64,000 nt of DNA, taken from contig JBCCHT010000022.1 of assembly GCA_039028615.1 (NCBI GenBank), forward strand, positions 96,001-160,000, read 5' to 3'. The notes under the pieces are model-generated. The model searched no databases, was not told the DNA's origin, and saw only the letters and a list, made by a program, of their open reading frames with translations. This stretch comes from Myxococcota bacterium. Its GTDB lineage: Bacteria > Myxococcota_A > Polyangia > Nannocystales > Nannocystaceae. Made by a program: the position numbers and the translations under genes. Shown here one piece after another: positions 47,897 through 57,022 of this stretch (within the stretch, counting starts at the first letter, position 1; each line of letters starts with the position of its first letter).

Positions 47897-50535
47897 AGGC
47901 CGCGCGCGGGTCCTTGGCCCTGGCGGCCGCGGCATCGCTGAGCCTGCTGTCGACGCCGGCCGGTGCTCAGGTTCCCGTCGCGCAAGACCGCCACCCCACC
48001 GACGGGGTCGACCGGGTGGTGCACGACGTCTCGGGCGAGGGCGATGCGACCAGCATCGAGCTCAACCCCGCCCTGCTGTCCGATGTGCAGGGCTTCGACC
48101 TATCGCTGATGGGCTACCGCAGCGTGTCCGACTTCACCCGGGGCACGGGCTTCGGTGGTTTCGTCGCGACCAACCTCGGCTTCGGCCTCGCCACGGGCTT
48201 TGGTGTGCAGGTGGTGCGTCCGGGCTTGCGCCTGGACGGGGCCGACTTCGACGCCGCGGCCAACCCCGACCTCACCAAGCTGAGCTTCGCGTTCGCGGGA
48301 GACTTCAGCGACAGCGCCTTCGGTGTCGGCGTGCACGGCGTGCGAGCCCAGGGGCAGTGGCTCCAGCGTCCCGACCTCGACGTCGGCGGCCTGGTGCGCA
48401 TCTTCAACTACGGCTCGGCCGGCTTCAACGCGCGCTTTTCCTCCGTCGACCTCGACAGCCAGGCTCTGCCCGCGCACATGTCGTTGACCGGCGAGCTGGC
48501 GCTGCGCCCCTTGGGCACGCACCACGTCGAGATTGCCGCCGCCGCCACCCAGCAGCTGCTCGTCAGCGAAAACGGCGAGAGCCCCCAGCGGGTCGACTTC
48601 TCCGGTTTCCTGCCCCGCGGACGCGTTGCGCTGCGCTACCAGGGCTGGGCGGTCAAGGCCGAGGTCGAGCAGATCCGCAGCGCGGTGCTCGACCCCACCA
48701 CCCTCGAGCGCGTGCGCGGCGAAAAGGCCCTACGCGGCGGCGTGGCCCTCGAGGGCTCGTGGGACTTCCTCACCGCGAGCGCGGGCATCCACGCCGGCAT
48801 CTCCGACGGCATCGATGGCGTGGGCTTCTCCGCCCGCCTGCATAGCCGCGAGCGTGGGCGCGTGTTCTGGCCGCGCCAGATCGACGCCGAGCGCCTCGAG
48901 CTGTCCGACCTCGGGGACGAGCGCAGCCTCATCGCCACGCTGCAGCGGCTCGACAGCGCCCGCAAGGCGGGGGACCGCAGCGTCATCGTCATCGACGCCC
49001 GCAGCACGGGCGCGGGCTGGGCCAGCCTTCACGAGGTCCGCGAGGCGCTCATCCGGGTCCGCAACGCGGGCGGCCACGTGTTCGCCTACGTCGAGAACGC
49101 CTCGCTCAAGGACTACTACGTCGCCAGCGTGGCCGAGCAGGTCTACGTGCACCCGGCCGGGGCCCTCGACGTCTACGGCATCTCCTCCACCACGCTGTAC
49201 CTGCGGGGGGCCCTCGACAAGCTCGGGGTCTCGGCCGAGGTCATCAAGGTCGACGAGTACAAGAGCGCGGGCGAGCGCTTCACCGAGACCGAGCCCACCG
49301 AGCCCGATCGGCAGCAGCGCACCGAGATTCAAAAAGACCACCTGGCGCAGATCGTCCACGACATCGCCCAGGCGCGCGGCTTGAGCCTGCACGACGTCCG
49401 CGAGCGCTTCGACGAGGCCCCCTGGGGACCCAACGCGGCGGTCGACGAGGGCCTGGTCGACGAGGTCATCTTCCGCGACCAGCTGCTCGATCGCATCTCC
49501 GAGCGCATCGGGGCCGACGTCGAGTTCGCCTCCTACTTCGATTCCAACCCCCGCGAGTACTGGGCCGAAGAGCCCTACGTGGCGGTCGTGCTGGTCGAGG
49601 GCGCCATCGTCGACGGCGGTAGCCGGACCATCCCGTTCTTCAACCTCGGCTTCGCGGGCGGCGACACCATCGCCAAGACCCTCCGCGACCTCCGGGAAGA
49701 CCGCTTCTGCCGGGGCGTGGTCCTGCGGGTCAACAGCCCGGGCGGCTCGGCCCTGGCCTCCGACGTCATCTGGCGCGAGGTCAAGCGCACCGCGGTGGCC
49801 CACGAGGCCGACCCCCGCTTCTCGGCCCCCATCGTCGTCTCCATGGGTGACGTGGCGGCCAGCGGCGGCTACTACGTGGCCATGGGCGCGCCCGAGGTGC
49901 TCGCCGACCCGATGACCATCACCGGTTCCATCGGCGTCATCTCGATGCACTTCGACGTCTCCGGCCTGCTCAAGACCCTGGGCATCAGCACCACCACCCT
50001 CAAGCAGGGCAAGAACGCCGAGATCGGTACCCCGTTTTCGCCCTATACCGAGGACCAGCGCACCCGCATCGAAGAGTCGATTCGGCGCACCTACGACCTG
50101 TTCCGCGAGCGCGTGGCCGATGGCCGCGGCATCACCACCGAGCGCGTCAACGAGCTCGGCCGCGGGCACGTCTACTCGGGCACCGATGCGGAGGCGGTCG
50201 GCCTGGTCGACTCCATGGGCGGTCTCTACGACGCCATCGAGCAGGTCCGTACCCGCGCCGGGTTGCCCAAGCGCAAGTCGCTGCGGATCAAGGTCCTGCC
50301 CGAGCAACGCACCCTGGTCGACCTGATCCTCGAGTCGGCCCGGGGCCCTCGAGGCACGGTGCGGGCGGTAGGTCGGGCCGTCGAGCGCCGCCGCGCCCGA
50401 GCCGACGGCGCCGCGCTGCGCGATGCTCTGCCGCTGGCCCTCGACGAGGCCCTGTCGCGCGTGCCGCTGTCGCTGATGTTCCTGCCGCAGGGGCAGGCCC
50501 AGGCCATCGCCCCCGGGCTCGTGCAGGTCGACTGA
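47893..50535 (+). CDS. sppA: Signal peptide peptidase SppA (S49) with long N-terminal extension
   Basis: YKSAGE, LRVNSPGGSALASD, SMGDVAASGGYY, TITGSIGV and GHVYSG; GTGA overlap with the upstream gene. Confidence 0.88.
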   Translation: MKAARGSLALAAAASLSLLSTPAGAQVPVAQDRHPTDGVDRVVHDVSGEGDATSIELNPALLSDVQGFDLSLMGYRSVSDFTRGTGFGGFVATNLGFGLATGFGVQVVRPGLRLDGADFDAAANPDLTKLSFAFAGDFSDSAFGVGVHGVRAQGQWLQRPDLDVGGLVRIFNYGSAGFNARFSSVDLDSQALPAHMSLTGELALRPLGTHHVEIAAAATQQLLVSENGESPQRVDFSGFLPRGRVALRYQGWAVKAEVEQIRSAVLDPTTLERVRGEKALRGGVALEGSWDFLTASAGIHAGISDGIDGVGFSARLHSRERGRVFWPRQIDAERLELSDLGDERSLIATLQRLDSARKAGDRSVIVIDARSTGAGWASLHEVREALIRVRNAGGHVFAYVENASLKDYYVASVAEQVYVHPAGALDVYGISSTTLYLRGALDKLGVSAEVIKVDEYKSAGERFTETEPTEPDRQQRTEIQKDHLAQIVHDIAQARGLSLHDVRERFDEAPWGPNAAVDEGLVDEVIFRDQLLDRISERIGADVEFASYFDSNPREYWAEEPYVAVVLVEGAIVDGGSRTIPFFNLGFAGGDTIAKTLRDLREDRFCRGVVLRVNSPGGSALASDVIWREVKRTAVAHEADPRFSAPIVVSMGDVAASGGYYVAMGAPEVLADPMTITGSIGVISMHFDVSGLLKTLGISTTTLKQGKNAEIGTPFSPYTEDQRTRIEESIRRTYDLFRERVADGRGITTERVNELGRGHVYSGTDAEAVGLVDSMGGLYDAIEQVRTRAGLPKRKSLRIKVLPEQRTLVDLILESARGPRGTVRAVGRAVERRRARADGAALRDALPLALDEALSRVPLSLMFLPQGQAQAIAPGLVQVD

Positions 50536-50544
50536 GCGCCTCGC

Positions 50545-51477
50545 TCAGTCGGCGGCGATGACCCGCTGCAGGGTCTGCCCGATCTTGGCCGCCATCACCT
50601 CGAAGCCGTCCTTCTTGGGGTGGATCTCGTCGTGCCACTTGTCCGTGGCCATGCCGCGCAGGTCGACGACGTGCACGCCCGGCACGCGTCCCCCGACCAC
50701 CACCAAGTCTTCGTTGAAGCGGTCGACCAGGCGCTTGATGAGGAAGCGGCGCTGCTCGTCGTCGGTGATCCCCATGGGGTCGAGGTGCGGGCCCAGGTAC
50801 TTGCCCTTCCCTTCCTTCGCCACGCGCAGGTAGTCGTAGCCGTGCACCACGATGGGCAGCTCGGGCGCCCGGGCTCGAACCCCCTCGAGCACCGTCTGCA
50901 TCGAGCACATCACGGCGCTCATGAAGGGGTCGATGGTGTCCAGAGCCTGCTGCACGGGGTCGGACGCGAGTTCCTCGATGGCGTCGAGCGCTTCGAAGCC
51001 GTGGATGAGGTCGTTGCCGCCGCCGCTGAGCAGCAAGGCGGACGCGTCGAGCACATCGAGCGCGTGCTCCTGTTCCCGCTCCCGCGCCATGTCGTCCAGG
51101 CAGTCACCCGCCGCTCCCATGGCCCACACGTTGAACTGAAAGCGATCCTCGTCGAGCAGGTGATCGGTCAGGTCTCGCAGCTGTGGGTGCGCGACCCAGG
51201 AGTCGCCCTCGCACAGAATGATCGGCCAGTCGGGGTGGTTGCGCCGCCGCCAACGAAAGCGGCGGACGCGGAGACGACGTTCCGCCGCATTGGCCACGCC
51301 GATGAGGCGACGCACCCAGTCGTCGTCGTGATCGGCGTGCTCCTCGACCACCGGACACCAGTCGTAGGTCAATGGAGCGCGAGGCACCGGATGAAAGTGC
51401 TCGTGCAGGGTGGCTTCGACGACCCCGTCGTCGTCACTCTCGAGGCGCTCGCGTAGCTCGTGCTCGTCGACCGTCAT
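50545..51477 (-). CDS. SGNH/GDSL-like hydrolase
   Basis: EGDSW, LSGGGND, HGYDY and DEIHP. Confidence 0.8.
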   Translation of the reverse strand: MTVDEHELRERLESDDDGVVEATLHEHFHPVPRAPLTYDWCPVVEEHADHDDDWVRRLIGVANAAERRLRVRRFRWRRRNHPDWPIILCEGDSWVAHPQLRDLTDHLLDEDRFQFNVWAMGAAGDCLDDMAREREQEHALDVLDASALLLSGGGNDLIHGFEALDAIEELASDPVQQALDTIDPFMSAVMCSMQTVLEGVRARAPELPIVVHGYDYLRVAKEGKGKYLGPHLDPMGITDDEQRRFLIKRLVDRFNEDLVVVGGRVPGVHVVDLRGMATDKWHDEIHPKKDGFEVMAAKIGQTLQRVIAAD

Positions 51478-51485
51478 CAGCCCCG

Positions 51486-52376
51486 TCAGGATAACGTCGG
51501 TTCGGCCGACGATCCTACATGGGCGACGATGATGTGCACCGGAGAGCGGAGGCGGGCCAGGCGGGGCTGGGTGCCGTAGTGCGACTCGGGTCGGACCTCC
51601 TCGTACCCGTCGAACCCGGCCTCCCGCAGCGCCCGGCCCAGCGCGTCGAGATCGGCGAAGGGATCGAGCGCGCGGCGGCGGCGGGTGAGCACGCGAATGG
51701 CTCCGCGCAGGGCTTTGACGGGCCCGCCCACCCGCTGCTGCGCGACCTTGGTGTGCAGGTCGGCGACCAGCATTCCGCCGCCCGCCTCGCGCAGCCCGGC
51801 CGCCACCGACGCGAGCACCTCGCAGCGCGGCCCGGGATCGAAGTAGCTGAGCAGCCCCTCGGCCACGACCACCGGCCGATCGTTGCCTCGAATCCGCGCC
51901 GCGAGCTCGGACGAGAACGCGGGATCGAGCACATCGGCGTCGTGGACCTCGTGCCGAGACCCCATCGAGGTGCGCATGGAAGCAGGTAGCTGTGCGATGC
52001 GACGGCGCTTGATCGAGGCCATGCTGGGCAGATCGAACTCGATGCCGGGCACGCCTCGATCCGCCGCCCAGGTCACCGCGCGCCGGGTCAGCCCCGCGCC
52101 GAGCTCGACCACGCACCCGGGCTCGAGCGAATCCACCACCGCCTCCATCAGCCGATGGCGATACTCCAAGTATTCGCGCATCGACGGCACACGCGGCGAC
52201 AGCCGCGTCATCCACTCCCCCAGCGCAAAGAACCCCCAGTACAGCACCGCGCCCTGCCGCGTGGAGAAGTGCTCGGCATGGGGCAGCCCGAGGCGGTGCC
52301 ACACGTACGCGGTGTAGTGCGCGGTAGGACCGATGCGCTCCGCGTCTTGCTCGGAGAGGCTCGCGTCGGAAGTCAT
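51486..52376 (-). CDS. Class I SAM-dependent methyltransferase (LCM/TcmP-like)
   Basis: VVELGAGL, EFDLP and AEGLLSYF. Confidence 0.82.
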   Translation of the reverse strand: MTSDASLSEQDAERIGPTAHYTAYVWHRLGLPHAEHFSTRQGAVLYWGFFALGEWMTRLSPRVPSMREYLEYRHRLMEAVVDSLEPGCVVELGAGLTRRAVTWAADRGVPGIEFDLPSMASIKRRRIAQLPASMRTSMGSRHEVHDADVLDPAFSSELAARIRGNDRPVVVAEGLLSYFDPGPRCEVLASVAAGLREAGGGMLVADLHTKVAQQRVGGPVKALRGAIRVLTRRRRALDPFADLDALGRALREAGFDGYEEVRPESHYGTQPRLARLRSPVHIIVAHVGSSAEPTLS

Positions 52377-52468
52377 GCGGCGCAGCATAATGCACACGCG
52401 CCCGCGGTTGGTTCGCGCGGCGTTCCGCCCCCGTGATCGTTTGCCCGCGTCGACACACTCACCATGAC

Positions 52469-53386
52469 GTGTTGAACAAAGCGCCGTCGTTCGTCCTGAG
52501 TCTCGCCCTGTTCGCGCCGTCGTTGGCATGCACCGTGGAGCCCGATCCGATCTCCGAGTCCCTGGAGGACTTGGAGACCTTCCGCGACGCCACCGACCCC
52601 ACCGTGCTGGTCCACGGGCTGACCCGGCGGGACATCCTGCCTCCGCTGATCATCGTGTTCGTGGGGGACATTGCCGCGCTCGGCTGCGGGCCGCTCGACG
52701 AGGTGTGCACGGGTCTCGACGACCAGAAGAAGGAAAAGGACACCGTCTGCACGGAGTGCTCGTTGTCGTGCACGGGCAGTCGCAATCCCGACGATTCCTG
52801 GAACGGCGCGGGCGATTGCGCCGAGAAGAGCAAGGCCGGCAGCGACACACACGAGCACACCCAGGAGGGGCAGGACTTCCCCAAGCTCGTGATCGAGTAC
52901 GACTACGAGATCGAGTCCAAGGAGATCGCCCACGCGTCGGTCGGCGGAGACGTGCCCGGAGCGGTGGGCTCCGATCCCGACCTGTTCATCGATCGGCGCG
53001 TCGTGTGGAGCTACACCTTCGAGTACACCAAGGTCACCCTGTGGCTGGCCGCCGACGACTCGCATGCTCTGCAGGTGCCCGCTCCGCTGACGGGTGAGTA
53101 CGCGGGGTGCTCGTTCGTGGCCGGCAAGTCCTGCGGAGGCGGCACGGGGACCGGGACCGGCACCGGGACTGGGACAAGCACCGGGACTGGGACAAGCACT
53201 GGGACCGGCACAAGCACGGGCACCAGCACGTGGGGCGGAACTGCGGGAGGCGATGACACCTGGACTGGCGGGGGCACGGGCGGCGACGCAACGGCGAGCG
53301 CGAGCGAGACCGGAGGCTACGAGTGGGGTCTGGAGACGGGATTCATCGAGACCACCGCGGCGGGCACCTGGGGCACGGGCGGCTAG
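52469..53386 (+). CDS. Hypothetical Cys-containing lipoprotein with Gly/Thr-rich tail
   Basis: Lipobox PSLAC; CxxCxxxC motif; (GT)n tail. Confidence 0.65.
   Translation: MLNKAPSFVLSLALFAPSLACTVEPDPISESLEDLETFRDATDPTVLVHGLTRRDILPPLIIVFVGDIAALGCGPLDEVCTGLDDQKKEKDTVCTECSLSCTGSRNPDDSWNGAGDCAEKSKAGSDTHEHTQEGQDFPKLVIEYDYEIESKEIAHASVGGDVPGAVGSDPDLFIDRRVVWSYTFEYTKVTLWLAADDSHALQVPAPLTGEYAGCSFVAGKSCGGGTGTGTGTGTGTSTGTGTSTGTGTSTGTSTWGGTAGGDDTWTGGGTGGDATASASETGGYEWGLETGFIETTAAGTWGTGG
53141..53230 (+). repeat. Coding tandem repeat encoding GTGTGT...STGTGT
   Basis: GGGACC/GGGACT/ACAAGC units. Confidence 0.8.
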
Positions 53387-53497
53387 CCACGCCCGAAGAA
53401 CGGTGTCCGCGAGTCCGGCCCCTCGGACGACCGACGGCGCCCCCTCGTTCCCGAATCCAGCCGCTCGACGCTTCGGCATTTGCGGTATCGTGCCGCC

Positions 53498-54040
53498 ATG
53501 CGTCGACGCGTGTTTGCCCAGTCGGTGGTGATGACCTTCTCGATCGCCGAGCTCGCGTGTGCGGGCAGCGGCGGCGAGCCCCTGCCCGGCAACCCCCCGC
53601 CTCCGGCCGACGGCGGGGCCGCGCCCGCGGACGACGGCACGCCAGCTGGCGACGAAGGCAAGACGGTCAACCCTCCGCCTCCCGTGGACAGCGGTGCGCC
53701 AGCCGATGGCGGTGCCCCGGCCGATGGCGGTGATGGGGCAGCACCCCCCGCCGATGGCGCCGACACGACCGCGCCGACCACCAAGACCACCGTCGACCAG
53801 CGCGCAGACGGGACCTGCTGGGAGACGGTCGTCATCGACTGCCCGCCGGGCGTCGCCTGCAACCCTCCCCCGCCCAAGGAGGTCCCCTGCCCCGACGCCA
53901 TGCTGCCCGACGCCGAGGTGGCCGCCAACGTCGTCCGGCGTGACAACGGCAGCTGCTGGGAGATGAAGGACATCAAGTGCCCCGAGGGCGCCACGTGCAA
54001 CCCGCCCCCGCCGCGCCAGGTCAAGTGTCCGCCGAAGTAG
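53498..54040 (+). CDS. Small Pro/Cys-rich lipoprotein with two tandem 4-Cys repeats and four NPPPP motifs
   Basis: MRRRVF...ELAC signal; repeats GTCWETVVIDCPPGVACNPPPPKEVPCP and GSCWEMKDIKCPEGATCNPPPPRQVKCP. Confidence 0.75.
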   Translation: MRRRVFAQSVVMTFSIAELACAGSGGEPLPGNPPPPADGGAAPADDGTPAGDEGKTVNPPPPVDSGAPADGGAPADGGDGAAPPADGADTTAPTTKTTVDQRADGTCWETVVIDCPPGVACNPPPPKEVPCPDAMLPDAEVAANVVRRDNGSCWEMKDIKCPEGATCNPPPPRQVKCPPK

Positions 54041-54720
54041 CGACGAGCAAAGTCGCCCACGAGTGGCTGCGCCGGGTCGAAGCCGAGTACACCTCGGCCG
54101 CGATCACGCAAGAACTCGTGCTGTGGCTGATCCGGCTCGGTGCTCCGCCCGAGCTCATCACCGATGGCCTGCGCATCGTCGAAGACGAGCTCACCCACGC
54201 CAAGATGAGCCACGACGTGGCCCGAGCGGCCGGCCTCGACGAGCGCCCGCAGCTCGTTCAAGAGCGCCTGGGCCTGCCGCGGGACGCATCTCGCCCTCTG
54301 CTCGTGGACGTCGCCCTGCACGGGGTGGAGGTCTTCTGCCTGGGCGAGACGGTGGCCGTTCCGCTGTTCGTCGCCATGCGGGAGGGCTGCACGGTGCCCG
54401 TCGCCCGCGAGGCCCTCGACCGCATCGTCCGCGACGAAGTCCGCCACCGCGACTTCGGCTGGAGCCTGCTCGACTGGCTCGTCGAGGCCGCGGGCGACCC
54501 CATCCGCGAGCGCGTGCAGCAGGCCCTGCCCGGCATGCTCGCTCGAGTCCGCCGCAACTACGGGCAATCCGACTTCGACCAACGCCACGACGAGCCCACC
54601 GACACCGACGCCGCCTGGGGGCTCATCCCCACGCCGCGCTACGCCGAGATCCTCGAGCGCTGCATTACCCGGGACTACGCGCCACGCTTCGAACGCGTCG
54701 GCCTGACCCTGTCCCTGTGA
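54025..54720 (+). CDS. Ferritin-like (diiron four-helix bundle) protein
   Basis: EAEY...DELTH...CLGET...DEVRH gives two E...ExxH pairs. The GTG start overlaps the upstream gene by 16 nt. Confidence 0.8.
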   Translation: MSAEVATSKVAHEWLRRVEAEYTSAAITQELVLWLIRLGAPPELITDGLRIVEDELTHAKMSHDVARAAGLDERPQLVQERLGLPRDASRPLLVDVALHGVEVFCLGETVAVPLFVAMREGCTVPVAREALDRIVRDEVRHRDFGWSLLDWLVEAAGDPIRERVQQALPGMLARVRRNYGQSDFDQRHDEPTDTDAAWGLIPTPRYAEILERCITRDYAPRFERVGLTLSL

Positions 54721-54726
54721 GCCGGG

Positions 54727-56136
54727 TCAGCCCAGACCATCGTTGCCGCCCGGACACAGCGTGACGGTGTAGTTCATCGTGTTCGGGTTCTCCGTGCTCG
54801 GATCCGGCGTCGCGCAAGTGAAGGTGCTCGTGGCGTCGTCGAAGGGGAAGCTATAGGCAGTGGGGCATGCCTCTTTGACAAAGCGCGCCCAGGGCTCGGC
54901 CAGCGCCGTCCACTCCGGGTTGGTGTCGTAGCAGGTGAAGCCCGGCGGAACGGGCAGCGTGCTGCCGTCGATCATCCACTCGGGGCAGCCACAGCAGGTC
55001 GGGTTGGCCGCGCCCATGTTGTAGCAAGAGTTGGGGTTGAAGCCGTTGCAGCCGTACAGGTCGGTGACCATGCCCTGGCCCGGCACCGCCCCCGAACAGT
55101 TCACGGGCGCGCCCGCCGTGTTGGCGGTGTAGATGCACAGCTCGTCCGCCGTCCACCAGCCCAATGGAGCGCCGCACACCGTCTCGATGGTCGAGCCGCC
55201 GAAGGTGATGGCCGTGCCGCAGACCAGCCCGGCCCCGCACTCGTCGTCGCTCGTGCAGGCCGTGCCCCCGGGGGCGACCGCCTGCAGCAGCGTGCTCTGG
55301 TCGGTGGACATGCCGTCGAGCTCGATCTGCGGGTCGAAGTTCCACGAGCACCCGAGCAGCCCGCTGGCGCTCCCCGTAGCCGACCCCGCCGTCTCGCAGG
55401 TGTAGGGGTCGTCGCCTCCCTGCGTCCCGCCGTCGGGGCCCATCGAGATCGGGATGTTGGCCCCGTTGATGATCGAGATGTCGTAGAAATCCGAGCCGTC
55501 GAAGGAGAACGTGAACTCGGCCAGGCTCGCCGGTCCCTGCGGTCCGACTCCGTTCGCACACGGCTGCACCACCGTCATGCCCGCCTCGGACACGCCACAC
55601 ATCGCGGTCTGACACCCGCTGCCGTCGCTCTCACACTGGGTGCTGGCGTAGAGGTTGCCGCTCCACTTGACGTTGATCGTCTGGCCCGACGCCGCCCCGC
55701 TCGTGATGGCCTGCATGATCGGCGGCGCCGTCAGCTCGTAGGTGACCGAGTCTCCCGCCGCGAGCACGGGGCTGCCCGAGCTCGGCGCAGGGAAGTCCCA
55801 AAAGCACCCGGGGGGGTCTCGCGTGGTCAGGCAGGAGGTCCCGTCGGGGCACGAATCGCCCGCGCCGCAGTCCTCCACGTAGCCGCCGTTGATCCCCACA
55901 ACCACGGTCTGCCCCGCGCACTCGCTGGTCACGGTGACCACCCGATCGCCGTTGGCCGGATCGATCCCCGAGCCGCCCTCGGCGGTCTCGTCCGCGCTGG
56001 CCGACGAGCCATCGGTGGACACCGAGCTGTCGGTGGCCGCCGACTGGGTGTCGGAGCCTCCCGTGTCATCGCTGCAGCCGGCGCTCCCGATCGTCACCAG
56101 CAAGCAACCGACTCCCCATCCGCTACGCCACCGCAT
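54727..56136 (-). CDS. Thaumatin-family lipoprotein
   Basis: Lipobox SAGC; WSG...C...C; PASLAEFTF...DFYDISIINGANIP; FVKEACPTAYSFPFDDATSTFTC; YTVTLCP. Confidence 0.85.
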   Translation of the reverse strand: MRWRSGWGVGCLLVTIGSAGCSDDTGGSDTQSAATDSSVSTDGSSASADETAEGGSGIDPANGDRVVTVTSECAGQTVVVGINGGYVEDCGAGDSCPDGTSCLTTRDPPGCFWDFPAPSSGSPVLAAGDSVTYELTAPPIMQAITSGAASGQTINVKWSGNLYASTQCESDGSGCQTAMCGVSEAGMTVVQPCANGVGPQGPASLAEFTFSFDGSDFYDISIINGANIPISMGPDGGTQGGDDPYTCETAGSATGSASGLLGCSWNFDPQIELDGMSTDQSTLLQAVAPGGTACTSDDECGAGLVCGTAITFGGSTIETVCGAPLGWWTADELCIYTANTAGAPVNCSGAVPGQGMVTDLYGCNGFNPNSCYNMGAANPTCCGCPEWMIDGSTLPVPPGFTCYDTNPEWTALAEPWARFVKEACPTAYSFPFDDATSTFTCATPDPSTENPNTMNYTVTLCPGGNDGLG

Positions 56137-56221
56137 TGCACGATGATAGCGCCCGGCGGGCGGCCAATGGCGCGCATCGGTGCCCCGCGTTCGAGGGGTT
56201 GCGATCGGGACTCGCGTCGAG

Positions 56222-56938
56222 TCAGCGCACCAACATGCGCTCGGCGGCGTCGTCGGAGATGGCCAGCTGCGACGCGACCTCGATGAACAACGCGCGCTCC
56301 CGCTCCCCTTCGGCGCTCGCCCGAACCAGCGGCACCAGGGCCATCAGCGCGATACTGCGTTCCTCGCCGTCCATGGCCAGCAATTGAGCCACGATGCCCT
56401 CGAGCGCAGGCGGCTCGTGGCGCAGGGCCAGCAGCGCGGGGCGGCGCCCCTCGGCGACGGGCAGTCGCTCGGTCAACGCATCGAGCTCTTCCGCCTCGGC
56501 CGGATCGAGCTGACCGTCGAGATTGGCCAGGATGGCCGCGAACCCGGCGACGAGCTCGGAACGCTTGTGTGCTTGCGCCAGCCACAGTGCGCGAAGACGC
56601 GCAGCCTCGTCGGTGGGCAGCCCCAGCTTGGTGGCGAGCTCGTCGTGCACCTGTGTTTCTTGTTCGCTGCCCTCGCCGTCGGCCAGCGCCATGCGCCACG
56701 CCTTCTCGAGGATGGGCTCGACGAAGAACGGCATGGGCGGCGCCAGCGAGTCGAGATGCGCCGACAAACGCTGTCGATCGGCCAGCAGCTCGATCCACGC
56801 GGTCGCGTCCTCTTGGCGGAGGCGCTCGTCGAGCATCCACAGCACCCGATCCCACTCCCCGGCCTCCAAGATCCCATCGGCATGGGCCACGAGACCGCAC
56901 GCGGCGAGGGTCCACTCTTGCTCGGGTGAAAGTGGCAT
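56222..56938 (-). CDS. TerB-like (tandem domain) protein
   Basis: AHADGILEAGE, ALADGEGSEQE...LATKLGL, ANLDGQLDPAE and IEVASQLAIS. Confidence 0.75.
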   Translation of the reverse strand: MPLSPEQEWTLAACGLVAHADGILEAGEWDRVLWMLDERLRQEDATAWIELLADRQRLSAHLDSLAPPMPFFVEPILEKAWRMALADGEGSEQETQVHDELATKLGLPTDEAARLRALWLAQAHKRSELVAGFAAILANLDGQLDPAEAEELDALTERLPVAEGRRPALLALRHEPPALEGIVAQLLAMDGEERSIALMALVPLVRASAEGERERALFIEVASQLAISDDAAERMLVR

Positions 56939-57022
56939 GGCGATCAGGCTAGCAAGGGGAGCGCAGGCGAGCCACGATCGTATTTGTCAGGCTATCCTTT
57001 GCCGCGACGAGGGCATGAATCC

